From sequence record KY555144.1: 64,000 nucleotides of DNA; one strand, 5' to 3'. Under the pieces are notes generated by a model that worked only from the letters and a program-made list of their open reading frames with translations, ran no database searches and was not told the origin of the DNA. Made by a program: the position numbers and the translations under genes. This document shows, one piece after another, positions 18,321-27,261 of this stretch; position 1 is the first letter of the stretch, and every line of letters begins with the position of its first letter.

Positions 18321-19067
18321 CTACTCCTTGAGGTAGCCGGCGGCGATCGCCTCGGCCCTGGTGTCGGCTTTGCTCAGGACCGAATAGCCCCGCGCCTGGA
18401 TGAAACGGACGTCCTCGTAAAGCTGGACCTCCAGCTTGCCGTCGAGCGCGATGCGCCCCAGCCGGACGGGCGTGGCCACGAACGGCGCTGGCTCTCCGCC
18501 CTTCCAGACATTGATCTCGACCTCGCCGCGATCGGCCGTCGCCACCACCAGCGAGGCGTGGCCGCCGATCCAGTTGGGATTCCAGATTTCCAGCCACATC
18601 GTGTCGCCGCCCGCGCCGGCGTCGGCCAAGCGGCGCGCCAGCGTCAGGGCGTAGTCCTCGCAGTCGCCGCAGAAGGCGTTTTCGGCCCAAAAATCGCCCT
18701 GCTGGTACATCATGCGGTCGGAAGTGTACTGAAAAGTGCTCCTGAGCGCCTTGTCTTGCTCAAAAACCTCTGAAAATGCCAATTTTTGCCCCTTCCTGAC
18801 CTCGCAGAGGGGATTTTTGGCCCATTTTTCGCAGAAAACCCGCAGATCGGGGATCGCCACCGCCACTTCGCCGCCATAGGCGGGCGTCTCGCCGTCCGAG
18901 CCGCTGGATTTTGGGTCGGCGGGGCATTGGTGGTCGACGGCGGCCGGCGCGGTGACGAACGGGAGGTCCTGGCCCGGCGCGGCGAGGGAAAGAGCGTTCC
19001 AGGCGAACCCGCCCAGGGCGCCAAACAGGATCGTTGCGATCGCGACGACGACAAGCCAGAAACGCAT
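18321..19067 (-). CDS. Exported transglutaminase-like cysteine protease (BTLCP/LapG-like)
   Basis: N-terminal signal/TM; GDCEDYA and downstream HASLVV motifs. Confidence 0.8.
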   Translation of the reverse strand: MRFWLVVVAIATILFGALGGFAWNALSLAAPGQDLPFVTAPAAVDHQCPADPKSSGSDGETPAYGGEVAVAIPDLRVFCEKWAKNPLCEVRKGQKLAFSEVFEQDKALRSTFQYTSDRMMYQQGDFWAENAFCGDCEDYALTLARRLADAGAGGDTMWLEIWNPNWIGGHASLVVATADRGEVEINVWKGGEPAPFVATPVRLGRIALDGKLEVQLYEDVRFIQARGYSVLSKADTRAEAIAAGYLKE

Positions 19068-19132
19068 GATCGACACCCCTTAAGTGTCATTAACCATGAC
19101 ACAAGATGTCGTGAATCGCAACATTCGCGCAT

Positions 19133-19339
19133 AAGAAGAGCCCCGCCTGTCGTGATTCCAGGCGGGGCTCGTGCTGCTTAGGAGAAACAGAAGAGAAGAG
19201 GTCGATCCCTGGGTGGCGGATCAACCTCTCGACAGTTTACTTGAGCATACCGGTCTCCTTCCTTGGTCTGGACTGTCTGGCGGCCTTGAACGGCCCCTTG
19301 TGTAGATTTGAAGCTAAACCGGCAACGAAACGGCGTCAA
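19133..19339 (-). ncRNA. Candidate sRNA unit containing an MLK-stop minigene
   Basis: Minus-strand TTGACG-N15-TTTAGCTT; AAGGAG then ATG CTC AAG TAA (19258-19247); 12-bp terminator stem 19138-19170. Confidence 0.45.
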
Positions 19340-19370
19340 GACCTAAATGTGCTGATTCACGACTTCGAAT

Positions 19371-19386
19371 GTCGTGAATCTTGACA
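19371..19386 (+). promoter_or_regulatory. GTCGTGAATC-TTGACA promoter (portal operon)
   Basis: Exact motif; inverted copy at 19354-19363. Confidence 0.75.
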
Positions 19387-19494
19387 ACCGGGCGTTAACC
19401 ATGCCATTTTCCCGCCTACCTGCCCAACCGGTAGGGCCTCCAACGTCAACTTGGGGAGGATGCGTGCGTCCTCCCCTCCTTCTCCGGGCGCCGC

Positions 19495-21393
19495 ATGGCC
19501 GGTCAGACGCCGAACTCCCTGAACATCTCGCGGGTCGCCCGCGCGACCTCGCAGGCCATCTATCTGGTCACCCATCCTGAGTACCAGCACTGGCGCTCGG
19601 AGTGGACCAAGCTGCGCGACGTCCTGGCGGGTCAGCGCGAGATCAAGCGCAAGGGTGAGGCCTATCTGCCGGCCATGAAGGGCGCCGACAAGGACGACTA
19701 CAAAATCTACCTGGAGCGGGCGACCTTCTTCAACATGCTCGCCCAGACGCGCGATGGCATGACCGGCATGGTCTTCCGCCGCGACCCGTCGATCAAGAAC
19801 CTGCCGCCCAAGTTCAAGGACGCCGTGCGGCGCTTCGCCAAGGACGGCTCCTCGCACGCCACTTTCGCCAAGGCGGTCCTGTCGGACCAGTCGGGCATTG
19901 GCCGCTACGGCGTCCTGGTCGACGTCACCGATTCCCCGGTCCGCAACGCCCAGCCGTCGAGCTTCGCGGTCGGCTACGCGGCCGAAAACATCCTCGACTG
20001 GGACGAGGTGGTCGACACCGCCGGCTTCTATGTCCCCAGCCGCGTCCTGCTGCGCGAATTCGTCCGCGATCTGCGCTGGAAGAGCGACATCGAGCCCCTG
20101 ACCACCGCCAAGGCCCGCAAGGCGCGCGCCGAGGCCCTGGCCTCCGGCTCCTCGTCCAGCCCCCTGGTGCGCCAGACCGCCCGCACCCTGGGCGGCTACA
20201 GCTACATCACCGTCTATCGGGAACTGAAGCTCGAAGAGATCGAGTGGCCGTCCGGTGAGGTCAAGCCCGCCTACGTCCAGTACCTCTACGAAGAAGACCC
20301 CGAGTCGACCCCGATCGCCCGCCTCGTCCCCAACGTCCGGGGCGAGCCGCTCGACTTCATCCCCTTCAAGTTCTTCGGCGCCTCGGGCAACACCGCCGAC
20401 GTCGAAAAGCCGCCGCTGCTCGACATCTGCGACCTCAACCTGTCGCACTACCGCACCTACGCCGAACTCGAATACGGCCGCCTGTTCACCGCCCTGCCGG
20501 TCTATTACGCGCCGGGCACCGACAGCGAGGGCACCGGCGAATACCACATCGGCCCGAACATGGTCTGGGAAGTCCCGCAAGGTTCCGAGCCGGGCATCCT
20601 GGAATATACCGGCCAGGGCCTGAAGGCCCTCGAAACCGCCCTCAACGACAAGGAGCGGCAGATCGCCGCGATCGGCGGCCGGATGATGCCCGGCGCCTCC
20701 AAGTCGGTGTCGGAGAGTAACAACCAGACGACCCTTCGTGAGGCCAACGAGCAGTCGCTGCTCCTCAACATCATCCAGGCCTGCGAGGCGGGGATGACCG
20801 ACGTCGTCCGCTGGTGGCTGATGTGGCGCGACGTGCCGCTCGCCGAGACCGAGAACCTGCGCTACGAGATCAACACCGACTTCCTGTCGACGCCGATCGG
20901 CGCGCGCGAGATGCGGGCGATCCAGCTTATGGCCAACGACGGCCTGCTGCCCGACCCGGTCTTCTACGAGTACATGCGCAAGGCCGAGGTCATCACCTCG
21001 GACATGACCTTCGAGGAGTTCCAGGAACTGCGCGCCGATCCGGATTCGTTCATCAACAACCCGGACGCCCAGGCCCGCCAGCGCGGCTTCACCAACCGCA
21101 GCCAGGAACTCGAACAGACCCGCATGGCGCGCGAGGCCGACTTCACCCAGCAGAAGATCGACATCCAGGAGCGCGCCGTCGCCGTCCAGGAAGGTCACGC
21201 CGAAGTCGCCCACTCCGTCGGTTCGACCTCGGTTTCGGCCTCGCGCAAGCTGGGCGATCCCGAGCAGGCCAAGCCCGCGCAGGCCGAGGCCGCCCAGATC
21301 GCCAATCAGCGCCGTCAGATCAGCAACGCCGCCAAGACCCCGCCGGCGGCGCCGGGCGCTCCCCCCGCCCCGAACCCGAGGACCGCCCGATGA
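19495..21393 (+). CDS. Portal protein
   Basis: 632 aa, DUF4055-like portal pattern, position before head genes as in phiCbK-like phages. Confidence 0.85.
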   Translation: MAGQTPNSLNISRVARATSQAIYLVTHPEYQHWRSEWTKLRDVLAGQREIKRKGEAYLPAMKGADKDDYKIYLERATFFNMLAQTRDGMTGMVFRRDPSIKNLPPKFKDAVRRFAKDGSSHATFAKAVLSDQSGIGRYGVLVDVTDSPVRNAQPSSFAVGYAAENILDWDEVVDTAGFYVPSRVLLREFVRDLRWKSDIEPLTTAKARKARAEALASGSSSSPLVRQTARTLGGYSYITVYRELKLEEIEWPSGEVKPAYVQYLYEEDPESTPIARLVPNVRGEPLDFIPFKFFGASGNTADVEKPPLLDICDLNLSHYRTYAELEYGRLFTALPVYYAPGTDSEGTGEYHIGPNMVWEVPQGSEPGILEYTGQGLKALETALNDKERQIAAIGGRMMPGASKSVSESNNQTTLREANEQSLLLNIIQACEAGMTDVVRWWLMWRDVPLAETENLRYEINTDFLSTPIGAREMRAIQLMANDGLLPDPVFYEYMRKAEVITSDMTFEEFQELRADPDSFINNPDAQARQRGFTNRSQELEQTRMAREADFTQQKIDIQERAVAVQEGHAEVAHSVGSTSVSASRKLGDPEQAKPAQAEAAQIANQRRQISNAAKTPPAAPGAPPAPNPRTAR

Positions 21394-21716
21394 GCTACCT
21401 CCTGTCGCCCTACAAGGCCCCCGAGCCCGAAGTGGTCGCCGCCCACGCCAAGACCCTCCTGGCCCAGCAGGGCTACAGCGCCCGTGACGCGCTGATCGGG
21501 CGCTGCCAGGAAGCGAGCGTCGATCTGGCCCGCACCGCCGGTCTCAACGTCGCCGAGGCCGCCGAGGTCGGCGAGGAGATCGCCAACTTGCAGCGGCTGG
21601 TCGCCGAACTGACCGCCACCCAAGCCAAGCTGGAGGCCGAGGGCCGCAGCGCCTACGAAGCCGCCGCCCTCAACGCCGCGACGGCCGTCTATCTGTCGCG
21701 CGGCCTGACGCCGTAA
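21390..21716 (+). CDS. Hypothetical protein
   Basis: ATGA overlap with portal stop; GAGGA RBS. Confidence 0.75.
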   Translation: MSYLLSPYKAPEPEVVAAHAKTLLAQQGYSARDALIGRCQEASVDLARTAGLNVAEAAEVGEEIANLQRLVAELTATQAKLEAEGRSAYEAAALNAATAVYLSRGLTP

Positions 21717-21735
21717 CCCTAGCTTGTAGAGTAAC

Positions 21736-21915
21736 ATGCCCTCGCGCTACGATTCCCTTGAAGACCTGATGCACGACCTCGATCACGAGGGCATCGTGGA
21801 CGATGGCTTTGGCGAACTGGACGAGGAGGACCTGTCCCTTCTCGCCCCGCCGGGCAAGAAGACCGCGCCCGCGCCGGCCGCCAAGAAGCGGGGCCGCCCC
21901 AAGAAAGCGACCTGA
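21736..21915 (+). CDS. Small acidic/basic protein with AT-hook-like KKRGRPKK (59 aa, not in ORF track)
   Basis: Translated directly; TGATG coupling to next gene. Confidence 0.7.
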   Translation: MPSRYDSLEDLMHDLDHEGIVDDGFGELDEEDLSLLAPPGKKTAPAPAAKKRGRPKKAT

Positions 21916-22154
21916 TGCGCCACGCTTCCGCGCGCTGGAACGTCCTGACCGTCCGCCTGGACGACGTCGCCCACTGGGTCGACGAGGTCGACGTGACCAT
22001 CACCGATCTGGAGACGGGCGAGCACCCGCGCGGCGAGGACGGCGAGTTCCTCCCCATCCTGGCGGCGACCCCCGAAACCATCACCCTCTACAACGGCCAC
22101 GCCATCGCCGGCCGCTACGAGATCACCTCCAGCCTTGAGGCGCCCCGTGCCTGA
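21915..22154 (+). CDS. Hypothetical protein
   Basis: TGATG overlap. Confidence 0.7.
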   Translation: MRHASARWNVLTVRLDDVAHWVDEVDVTITDLETGEHPRGEDGEFLPILAATPETITLYNGHAIAGRYEITSSLEAPRA

Positions 22155-22320
22155 GACGACCCTGATCGGCGATCCGAACGCCGAGCGGACCATCGAGGTC
22201 CTGGCCATGCACCCCGACGAGGCCGCGAGCTTCGTTCCCACGCCCGAGCAGGCCGCCAAGATCGCGGCGGGCGACATGATCATCGGGATCATCCGCTACG
22301 GTCCGCCGCCAACGTCGTGA
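22147..22320 (+). CDS. Hypothetical protein
   Basis: GAGG before GTG 22147. Confidence 0.65.
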   Translation: MPETTLIGDPNAERTIEVLAMHPDEAASFVPTPEQAAKIAAGDMIIGIIRYGPPPTS

Positions 22321-22329
22321 ATCTTGACA
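22314..22329 (+). promoter_or_regulatory. GTCGTGAATC-TTGACA promoter
   Basis: Exact motif. Confidence 0.7.
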
Positions 22330-22380
22330 CGCCATGTCAGGTGTGATGACGTAGCCCTCGTTAACCACGAGGGCTTTTCC

Positions 22381-22638
22381 ATGACCACCGCCGTCGACAT
22401 CCAAGCCGCCGGGCACAACCTGATCGTCTACCTGACGGACATCTATGTCGAAGACGGCGAGGCCCAGGAGCGCGACTCCATCGAGTTCGTCCGCAAGGGC
22501 GCCAAGCGGACCTTCCACGTTCACCAGACCCGCGACCTCTATGTGACCGAGGTCCGCGACGCCGAGACCGATCTCAACGCCCTGATCGACGCCGGCGACG
22601 AGGCGGCGGCCCGCCAGTACATCGCCGAGGCGACTTAA
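22381..22638 (+). CDS. Hypothetical protein
   Basis: GAGG RBS. Confidence 0.75.
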   Translation: MTTAVDIQAAGHNLIVYLTDIYVEDGEAQERDSIEFVRKGAKRTFHVHQTRDLYVTEVRDAETDLNALIDAGDEAAARQYIAEAT

Positions 22639-22828
22639 GTTCATAGCGGCGCCGATTGCCCAGCGGGCGCATGCCGGACACGCGCTGGGAAACCAAATCG
22701 GCCGCGATGCGCGCGAGGGCTTTTTGATGCAGGCCTAGCGCGTCAACAGGTGGCGCCGGCTCCTGGGTTCCAGGGGTTCCTTTCAACCTGAATCGCGGCA
22801 AGTCCGGGCTCCTTTCCCAGAGGGCTCC

Positions 22829-23405
22829 ATGAGCGACGATTTCGACAAGCGTTTCGACGAGATGAAGGCGGCCCTGGACGGCATCGCTCCGGGCCAGCTT
22901 CGGCTCCCCTTCCCCGGATCGGCCTCGGCTTCGGCCGAGGAGTTGATCCGCCGCTTCTCGGCCCTCAATCCCGCCCCGGCCTTCGTGCTCGGGGCGGCCG
23001 TCAAGCTCTCGGACGCCCCGCCCGAGCCGCCGCTGCTGCGCGACGGCCACGCCGACGAGGTCTTCGTCGACCTGCCGTTCGACCACAAGACGGTGGCCGA
23101 CTGCAAGGCCAAGTTCGTCGACAGCCACAAGGTTCTCCAGGGCTTTTCGGGCGGTCGAGGAAGCGGCGCCCAAGATCACGATCCAGGTCTATCTCAAGAA
23201 CGGGCAGGTGCGCGAGTACGACGTCGACACCCAGGCCGCCGCCCGCGAGCACGCCTACGAGATCATCCAGACCGGCTATCGCGCCGTCGACGAGGCCGAC
23301 CCCACCGTCCTGACCCACTGGCCGCCGCACGAGATCAAGAAGGTCAAGATCAAGGCGCCCGCGCCGTGGACGACCCGCTTTTTCGACCGCGTGCGGGGCA
23401 CCTGA
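22829..23405 (+). pseudogene. Hypothetical gene split by an apparent +1 frameshift near 23140
   Basis: Codon-biased frame switches at CAGGGCT; removing one G gives VLQAFRAVEEAAPKITIQ through to the stop at 23405. Confidence 0.6.
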
Positions 23406-23641
23406 TGTCCACCGCGCTCGACGCCGTCCTCGCCCGGATCGAATCCGGCGAGCCCTTTACCTATGCCGGCCTGAGCGCGGTCAACGACGCGGCTGGCGGC
23501 GACGAATCGCGTGACCGGCTGGCCGACCGCACGATCCAGAAGTACCGCCGCAAGGGCTGGATCACCTTCACTCGCGAGGGCCGCTACGTGGTCTGGCGTC
23601 CGACGCCGGCCGGCGCCGCCCAGTTCAACCTCCAAGCTTAG
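23405..23641 (+). CDS. Hypothetical protein, possible winged helix
   Basis: TGATG overlap; ADRTIQKYRRKGWITFTREGRY resembles wHTH. Confidence 0.7.
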   Translation: MSTALDAVLARIESGEPFTYAGLSAVNDAAGGDESRDRLADRTIQKYRRKGWITFTREGRYVVWRPTPAGAAQFNLQA

Positions 23642-23651
23642 GAGCCCGTCC

Positions 23652-24035
23652 ATGTGCGTTGTTTCCGCCGTGATGGACTACGGCCGCCGGCAATGGCCCG
23701 ACCTGATGGGGCCGGGCGGTCCGACCATCGTGCCGGGCGTGGATCAGCCCTGGTTCGAGATCGTCTCGCCCGGCCTGCCGCCGGCCCCGGTCCATCCCCA
23801 GCCCAAGGTCCCGACCCGCGCCGAGATCGAGGCTTTCCGCCGGCTGGTCCAGGCCGCCAATGAATTCGACCAGCAGACCGGTCAGCCGCACTGCGAGGAC
23901 CCCGAGAAGATCAAGCTGCTCGACGCGATCAACAAGCTGGCCGATCGCCTCGACGCCATCGAAAAGCGTCTCGCCGCCCAGGACAGCGCCGACGCCGAGG
24001 ACGCGGCGGCGATCACCGCCTCGGTCAAGACGTGA
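23652..24035 (+). CDS. Hypothetical protein
   Basis: AGGAG RBS. Confidence 0.75.
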   Translation: MCVVSAVMDYGRRQWPDLMGPGGPTIVPGVDQPWFEIVSPGLPPAPVHPQPKVPTRAEIEAFRRLVQAANEFDQQTGQPHCEDPEKIKLLDAINKLADRLDAIEKRLAAQDSADAEDAAAITASVKT

Positions 24036-24277
24036 GCGTCTTCGATCTCCCGGCCGACGGCTTTGATCGCCGCAAGCCGCTCTACCGGGTCTTCAACATC
24101 GACGGCGAGAAGCAGTGGTGGACGGTGATCGCCGCCCTCAACGCGCCGGGCCGCCGCTGCACCAAGCAGGAGGCCATGGGCTGCGAGGACTACGTCGCCG
24201 CCCATGCCTGGGCCGAGCACTTCTGGAACTGTTACGCCGCCACGGGCAAGGCGACCATCTACGAGAGCACGCGATGA
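24032..24277 (+). CDS. Hypothetical protein
   Basis: GTGA overlap. Confidence 0.7.
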   Translation: MSVFDLPADGFDRRKPLYRVFNIDGEKQWWTVIAALNAPGRRCTKQEAMGCEDYVAAHAWAEHFWNCYAATGKATIYESTR

Positions 24278-24558
24278 AACTCACCGTCAGCGGTCAGGAC
24301 ATGAGCGGGACCGAGACCGTCTATCTGATGCTGGTCCCCCGCGTGGGCGTGCGCCTGGAGAGCGACAAGCCCGTCACCCTGACCTTCGATCCGCTGCCCG
24401 GCGCGGCCGGCGCCGTCAGGGTCGATCCCAAGACCCCCCTGACCCTGGCCGAGAACCCCAAGCCGAGCGAACTGCGGCTGCTGCCGGCCGGCGCCGAGCA
24501 GGTCTTCTACCTCAACGCCAATGGCCGCTGGATGGTGACCTTCCGGGAGGAGCCGTGA
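24274..24558 (+). CDS. Hypothetical protein
   Basis: ATGA overlap. Confidence 0.7.
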   Translation: MKLTVSGQDMSGTETVYLMLVPRVGVRLESDKPVTLTFDPLPGAAGAVRVDPKTPLTLAENPKPSELRLLPAGAEQVFYLNANGRWMVTFREEP

Positions 24559-24794
24559 AACCGGCCCAGCCCATGCCCAACGGCATGCCGTTCGGACGCG
24601 ACGGCTTTCCTCGCGTCGAGAAGATCGACGCGGTGCGCAACATCGTCACCTTCCATACCGGTGAGACGTCCCCGATCACCCGTTACCTCGCCGGCGGCGA
24701 GGAGGTCGGCAACCCGCTGCGCGCCCAGGTCATCGTCTGCGGCCCCTATCGCGGCAAGTGGCTGGTCATTCCGGTCGAGGAGGGTGACATTTGA
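24555..24794 (+). CDS. Hypothetical protein
   Basis: GGAGG RBS; GTGA overlap. Confidence 0.7.
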   Translation: MKPAQPMPNGMPFGRDGFPRVEKIDAVRNIVTFHTGETSPITRYLAGGEEVGNPLRAQVIVCGPYRGKWLVIPVEEGDI

Positions 24795-25030
24795 GCCGCC
24801 CCCGCAGCGTCACCGAAGTCCTCTGCGACGACTTCCGCGCCCTCCTGACCACGGGCTTCTACGTCACCGACGAGCATGGCGAGGTCCATGGGCCGGGCAC
24901 CCCGCTGGGCGATGCGGCCCTGGCGGCGACCAAGGCGTGGCGCGGCGATCTCTGGAAGGCCTTCCGCCCGATCGACGACAGCATGTGCCCGGTCCGCGTC
25001 CACGAGCGCGAAGCCGCCAAGCGTCCGTGA
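24791..25030 (+). CDS. Hypothetical protein
   Basis: GGAGG RBS; TTGA overlap. Confidence 0.7.
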   Translation: MSRPRSVTEVLCDDFRALLTTGFYVTDEHGEVHGPGTPLGDAALAATKAWRGDLWKAFRPIDDSMCPVRVHEREAAKRP

Positions 25031-25398
25031 CCCACCGTCCCTCGGCCTATCTCCGGACCCCGCCGATGCGCTATCCCGGCCCTTCCGGCTTCGATGAACG
25101 GCTGCACCGGGCCGACGGTCGCCCGACGCGGCTTTTGGTCGCGCCGCATCTGGCCTGGGCGCTCCACCAGCTACGGCGCTATGGTTCGCCGATCGACTGG
25201 CTCCTGCCGGTGACGCGCGAGGGCCTCGCCGCGCCGGGCGATCGTCCGTTCGGCCAGAAGACGGTGCGTCTCAAGCTCGGGCGCCGGAGGCTGACCCGCC
25301 TGGGCGACTATCTCGAATACATGCAGTTCGCGAGCGATGCAGACCTTGCAACCTACAAGCAGTGGCTGAAGGAGACGCCGATTTTTCCGGTGTCGTGA
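25027..25398 (+). CDS. Hypothetical protein
   Basis: GTGA overlap. Confidence 0.65.
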   Translation: MTHRPSAYLRTPPMRYPGPSGFDERLHRADGRPTRLLVAPHLAWALHQLRRYGSPIDWLLPVTREGLAAPGDRPFGQKTVRLKLGRRRLTRLGDYLEYMQFASDADLATYKQWLKETPIFPVS

Positions 25399-25407
25399 TT
25401 CTTGACA
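25392..25407 (+). promoter_or_regulatory. GTCGTGATTC-TTGACA promoter
   Basis: One-base variant that keeps GANTC. Confidence 0.7.
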
Positions 25408-25443
25408 CCCTATGTCGTCTGTGGTGACATCCGCTCGTTAACC

Positions 25444-25809
25444 ATGACGGGCTCCCCGATGATCCGCCTGACCAAATCCCAGCACTACACGAACACGGCG
25501 GAGAACGACCGTAGCTGGTATCTCGATCCGGGCCTGACCTTCGAGGTCCACGGCCTGCCGCCCGTCAAGCCGGAGCAGAAGATTGGCTACCCGGACGCCG
25601 GCGCCCTGGTCGTCCTTCATGGCGAGGCCCACTATGTCGACGAGGATGTCGAAACCATCCTCACCTTGATCAAGATCGCGCGGAACCCGCAGCGCTATCG
25701 ACTGGCGACGACCGAGGGGAAGCTGATCGCCCACGAGGACCTGATCTACCTCGGCTACTCGGACGGCTCGTTCGATTACGGCCTGATGGGCGAGGAGCGC
25801 TACCAGTGA
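25444..25809 (+). CDS. Hypothetical protein
   Basis: Follows promoter; codon bias. Confidence 0.7.
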   Translation: MTGSPMIRLTKSQHYTNTAENDRSWYLDPGLTFEVHGLPPVKPEQKIGYPDAGALVVLHGEAHYVDEDVETILTLIKIARNPQRYRLATTEGKLIAHEDLIYLGYSDGSFDYGLMGEERYQ

Positions 25810-26489
25810 TTGGCAACCTCATCGCTCAGCGCCAGCCCGAGGCGCTCGAACTGGCGCGCAAGATCGTCGACGGTCATGTCCTGACCGACAGCGGCCTGAC
25901 GACGATCCTCGCCCAGGCCCTGGTCGACGAGGCGGCGACCTACGAGGACCGGCGCCTCGCCTTCATGCACCCTTCGATCCTCTGCGCCAACGGTGAGTAT
26001 TACGACTTCACCGATCCGGACGCCTTTTCCTGGGACATCGAGGTGATCGCCGCTGGCCTGCGCGCCCCGCGCTTCACCGCCCAGACCCGCAGCCTGGGGA
26101 CCTATTCGATCCTCCAGCACTCGGTCCTGGCCAGCTACATCGTCCCCAAGGGCTTCGAACTGGAGGCCCTGCTGCACGACGCCCAGGAGAGCGTGCTCGG
26201 CGACAAGGCCACGCCGTTCAAAATCCTCCTGCCCGACTACAAGCACTACGAGGACGCGGCCGAGCGCGCCGTGCGGCGCAAGTACGGCCTGCCCGAGACG
26301 ATGTCGCGCGAGGTCAAGCACGCCGACGTCGTCATGCTCGCCACCGAGAAGCGGGACATCATGCCCAACCCCGAGGACGAGTGGGAAATGCTCAGGGATA
26401 TCAAGCCCTTGGACTTCCCGATCGAGGTTTGGGACGTCGAGCACGCCCGCAAGGTCTTCCTCGACCGCTTCGCCGATCTGACGGCCTGA
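25806..26489 (+). CDS. HD-domain 5'-deoxynucleotidase (YfbR-like)
   Basis: YSILQHS...LLHDAQE...GD...PFK...ADVVMLATEKRD. Confidence 0.85.
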   Translation: MIGNLIAQRQPEALELARKIVDGHVLTDSGLTTILAQALVDEAATYEDRRLAFMHPSILCANGEYYDFTDPDAFSWDIEVIAAGLRAPRFTAQTRSLGTYSILQHSVLASYIVPKGFELEALLHDAQESVLGDKATPFKILLPDYKHYEDAAERAVRRKYGLPETMSREVKHADVVMLATEKRDIMPNPEDEWEMLRDIKPLDFPIEVWDVEHARKVFLDRFADLTA

Positions 26490-26528
26490 CGTCCGCTCCT
26501 GACGTAGAACGATACGAGAACATCCGCT

Positions 26529-27053
26529 ATGCGCCATGTCACCCTCACCCTGGATGGTCCGATCGCTGTCGGCAAGTCGCGGCTGCTGCGCACCATCGCC
26601 TTCGCCCTGGAGAAGACCTATACGGGCAAGTTCGCCTTCACCGGCGACGTGGTCGACTGCGCGCCCCTGGCGGTCAACACCATCGAGCCGATGACCATCA
26701 CCGTGGTCGAGAAGACCGACGGCCGCGCCTATCCCGTGACCCAGGCCGCGCTCTTGAGCGCCGAGGCGGCGCGCGAACTGACCGCCGGCCTGACCAGCGA
26801 CGAACTCGTGGCCGAAATCTCCAAGGCCGTCGGCGCCGCCGCCCGCGCCGGCCTGAGCCGCGCGGTGATCGGCAAGGACATCGTGCGCGGGGTCTCCGAC
26901 TGGAACGGCGACGCCAACGACACCGTGATCGGCCGGGCCGCCAAGCAGGCCCGCGCCGCCGGCTACGCGGTCAAGAAGGGCATGGATGGCGACCTCGTCA
27001 TCGAGTGGAAGACCAAGGTCGCTCCGCCCTTCGCCGGCTATCTGGACCGCTGA
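26529..27053 (+). CDS. Hypothetical protein
   Basis: Codon bias. Confidence 0.75.
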   Translation: MRHVTLTLDGPIAVGKSRLLRTIAFALEKTYTGKFAFTGDVVDCAPLAVNTIEPMTITVVEKTDGRAYPVTQAALLSAEAARELTAGLTSDELVAEISKAVGAAARAGLSRAVIGKDIVRGVSDWNGDANDTVIGRAAKQARAAGYAVKKGMDGDLVIEWKTKVAPPFAGYLDR

Positions 27054-27057
27054 GCCG

Positions 27058-27261
27058 ATGTCGACCCGCATCCAGCCGCATGACCTTCGCCTCCAGTCGG
27101 CGATCGCCCACTTCCACGAGCGCAACCTGATGTGCCCGGAGCCGGACTGCGACTGGGGCGTGATCGAGACCGGGGAAGAGGACCCCGACACCTGCATCCC
27201 CATCACCAAGACCTGTCCGGTGTGCGCCGGCCGGGGCTTCCTGCCGAAGAAGGCCGCCTGA
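27058..27261 (+). CDS. Small Zn-finger protein
   Basis: CPEPDC...CPVCAGRG. Confidence 0.7.
   Translation: MSTRIQPHDLRLQSAIAHFHERNLMCPEPDCDWGVIETGEEDPDTCIPITKTCPVCAGRGFLPKKAA

Noticed and set aside
19357-21213. 618-aa minus-strand ORF
   Set aside because: Antisense shadow of the portal, typical of high-GC3 DNA
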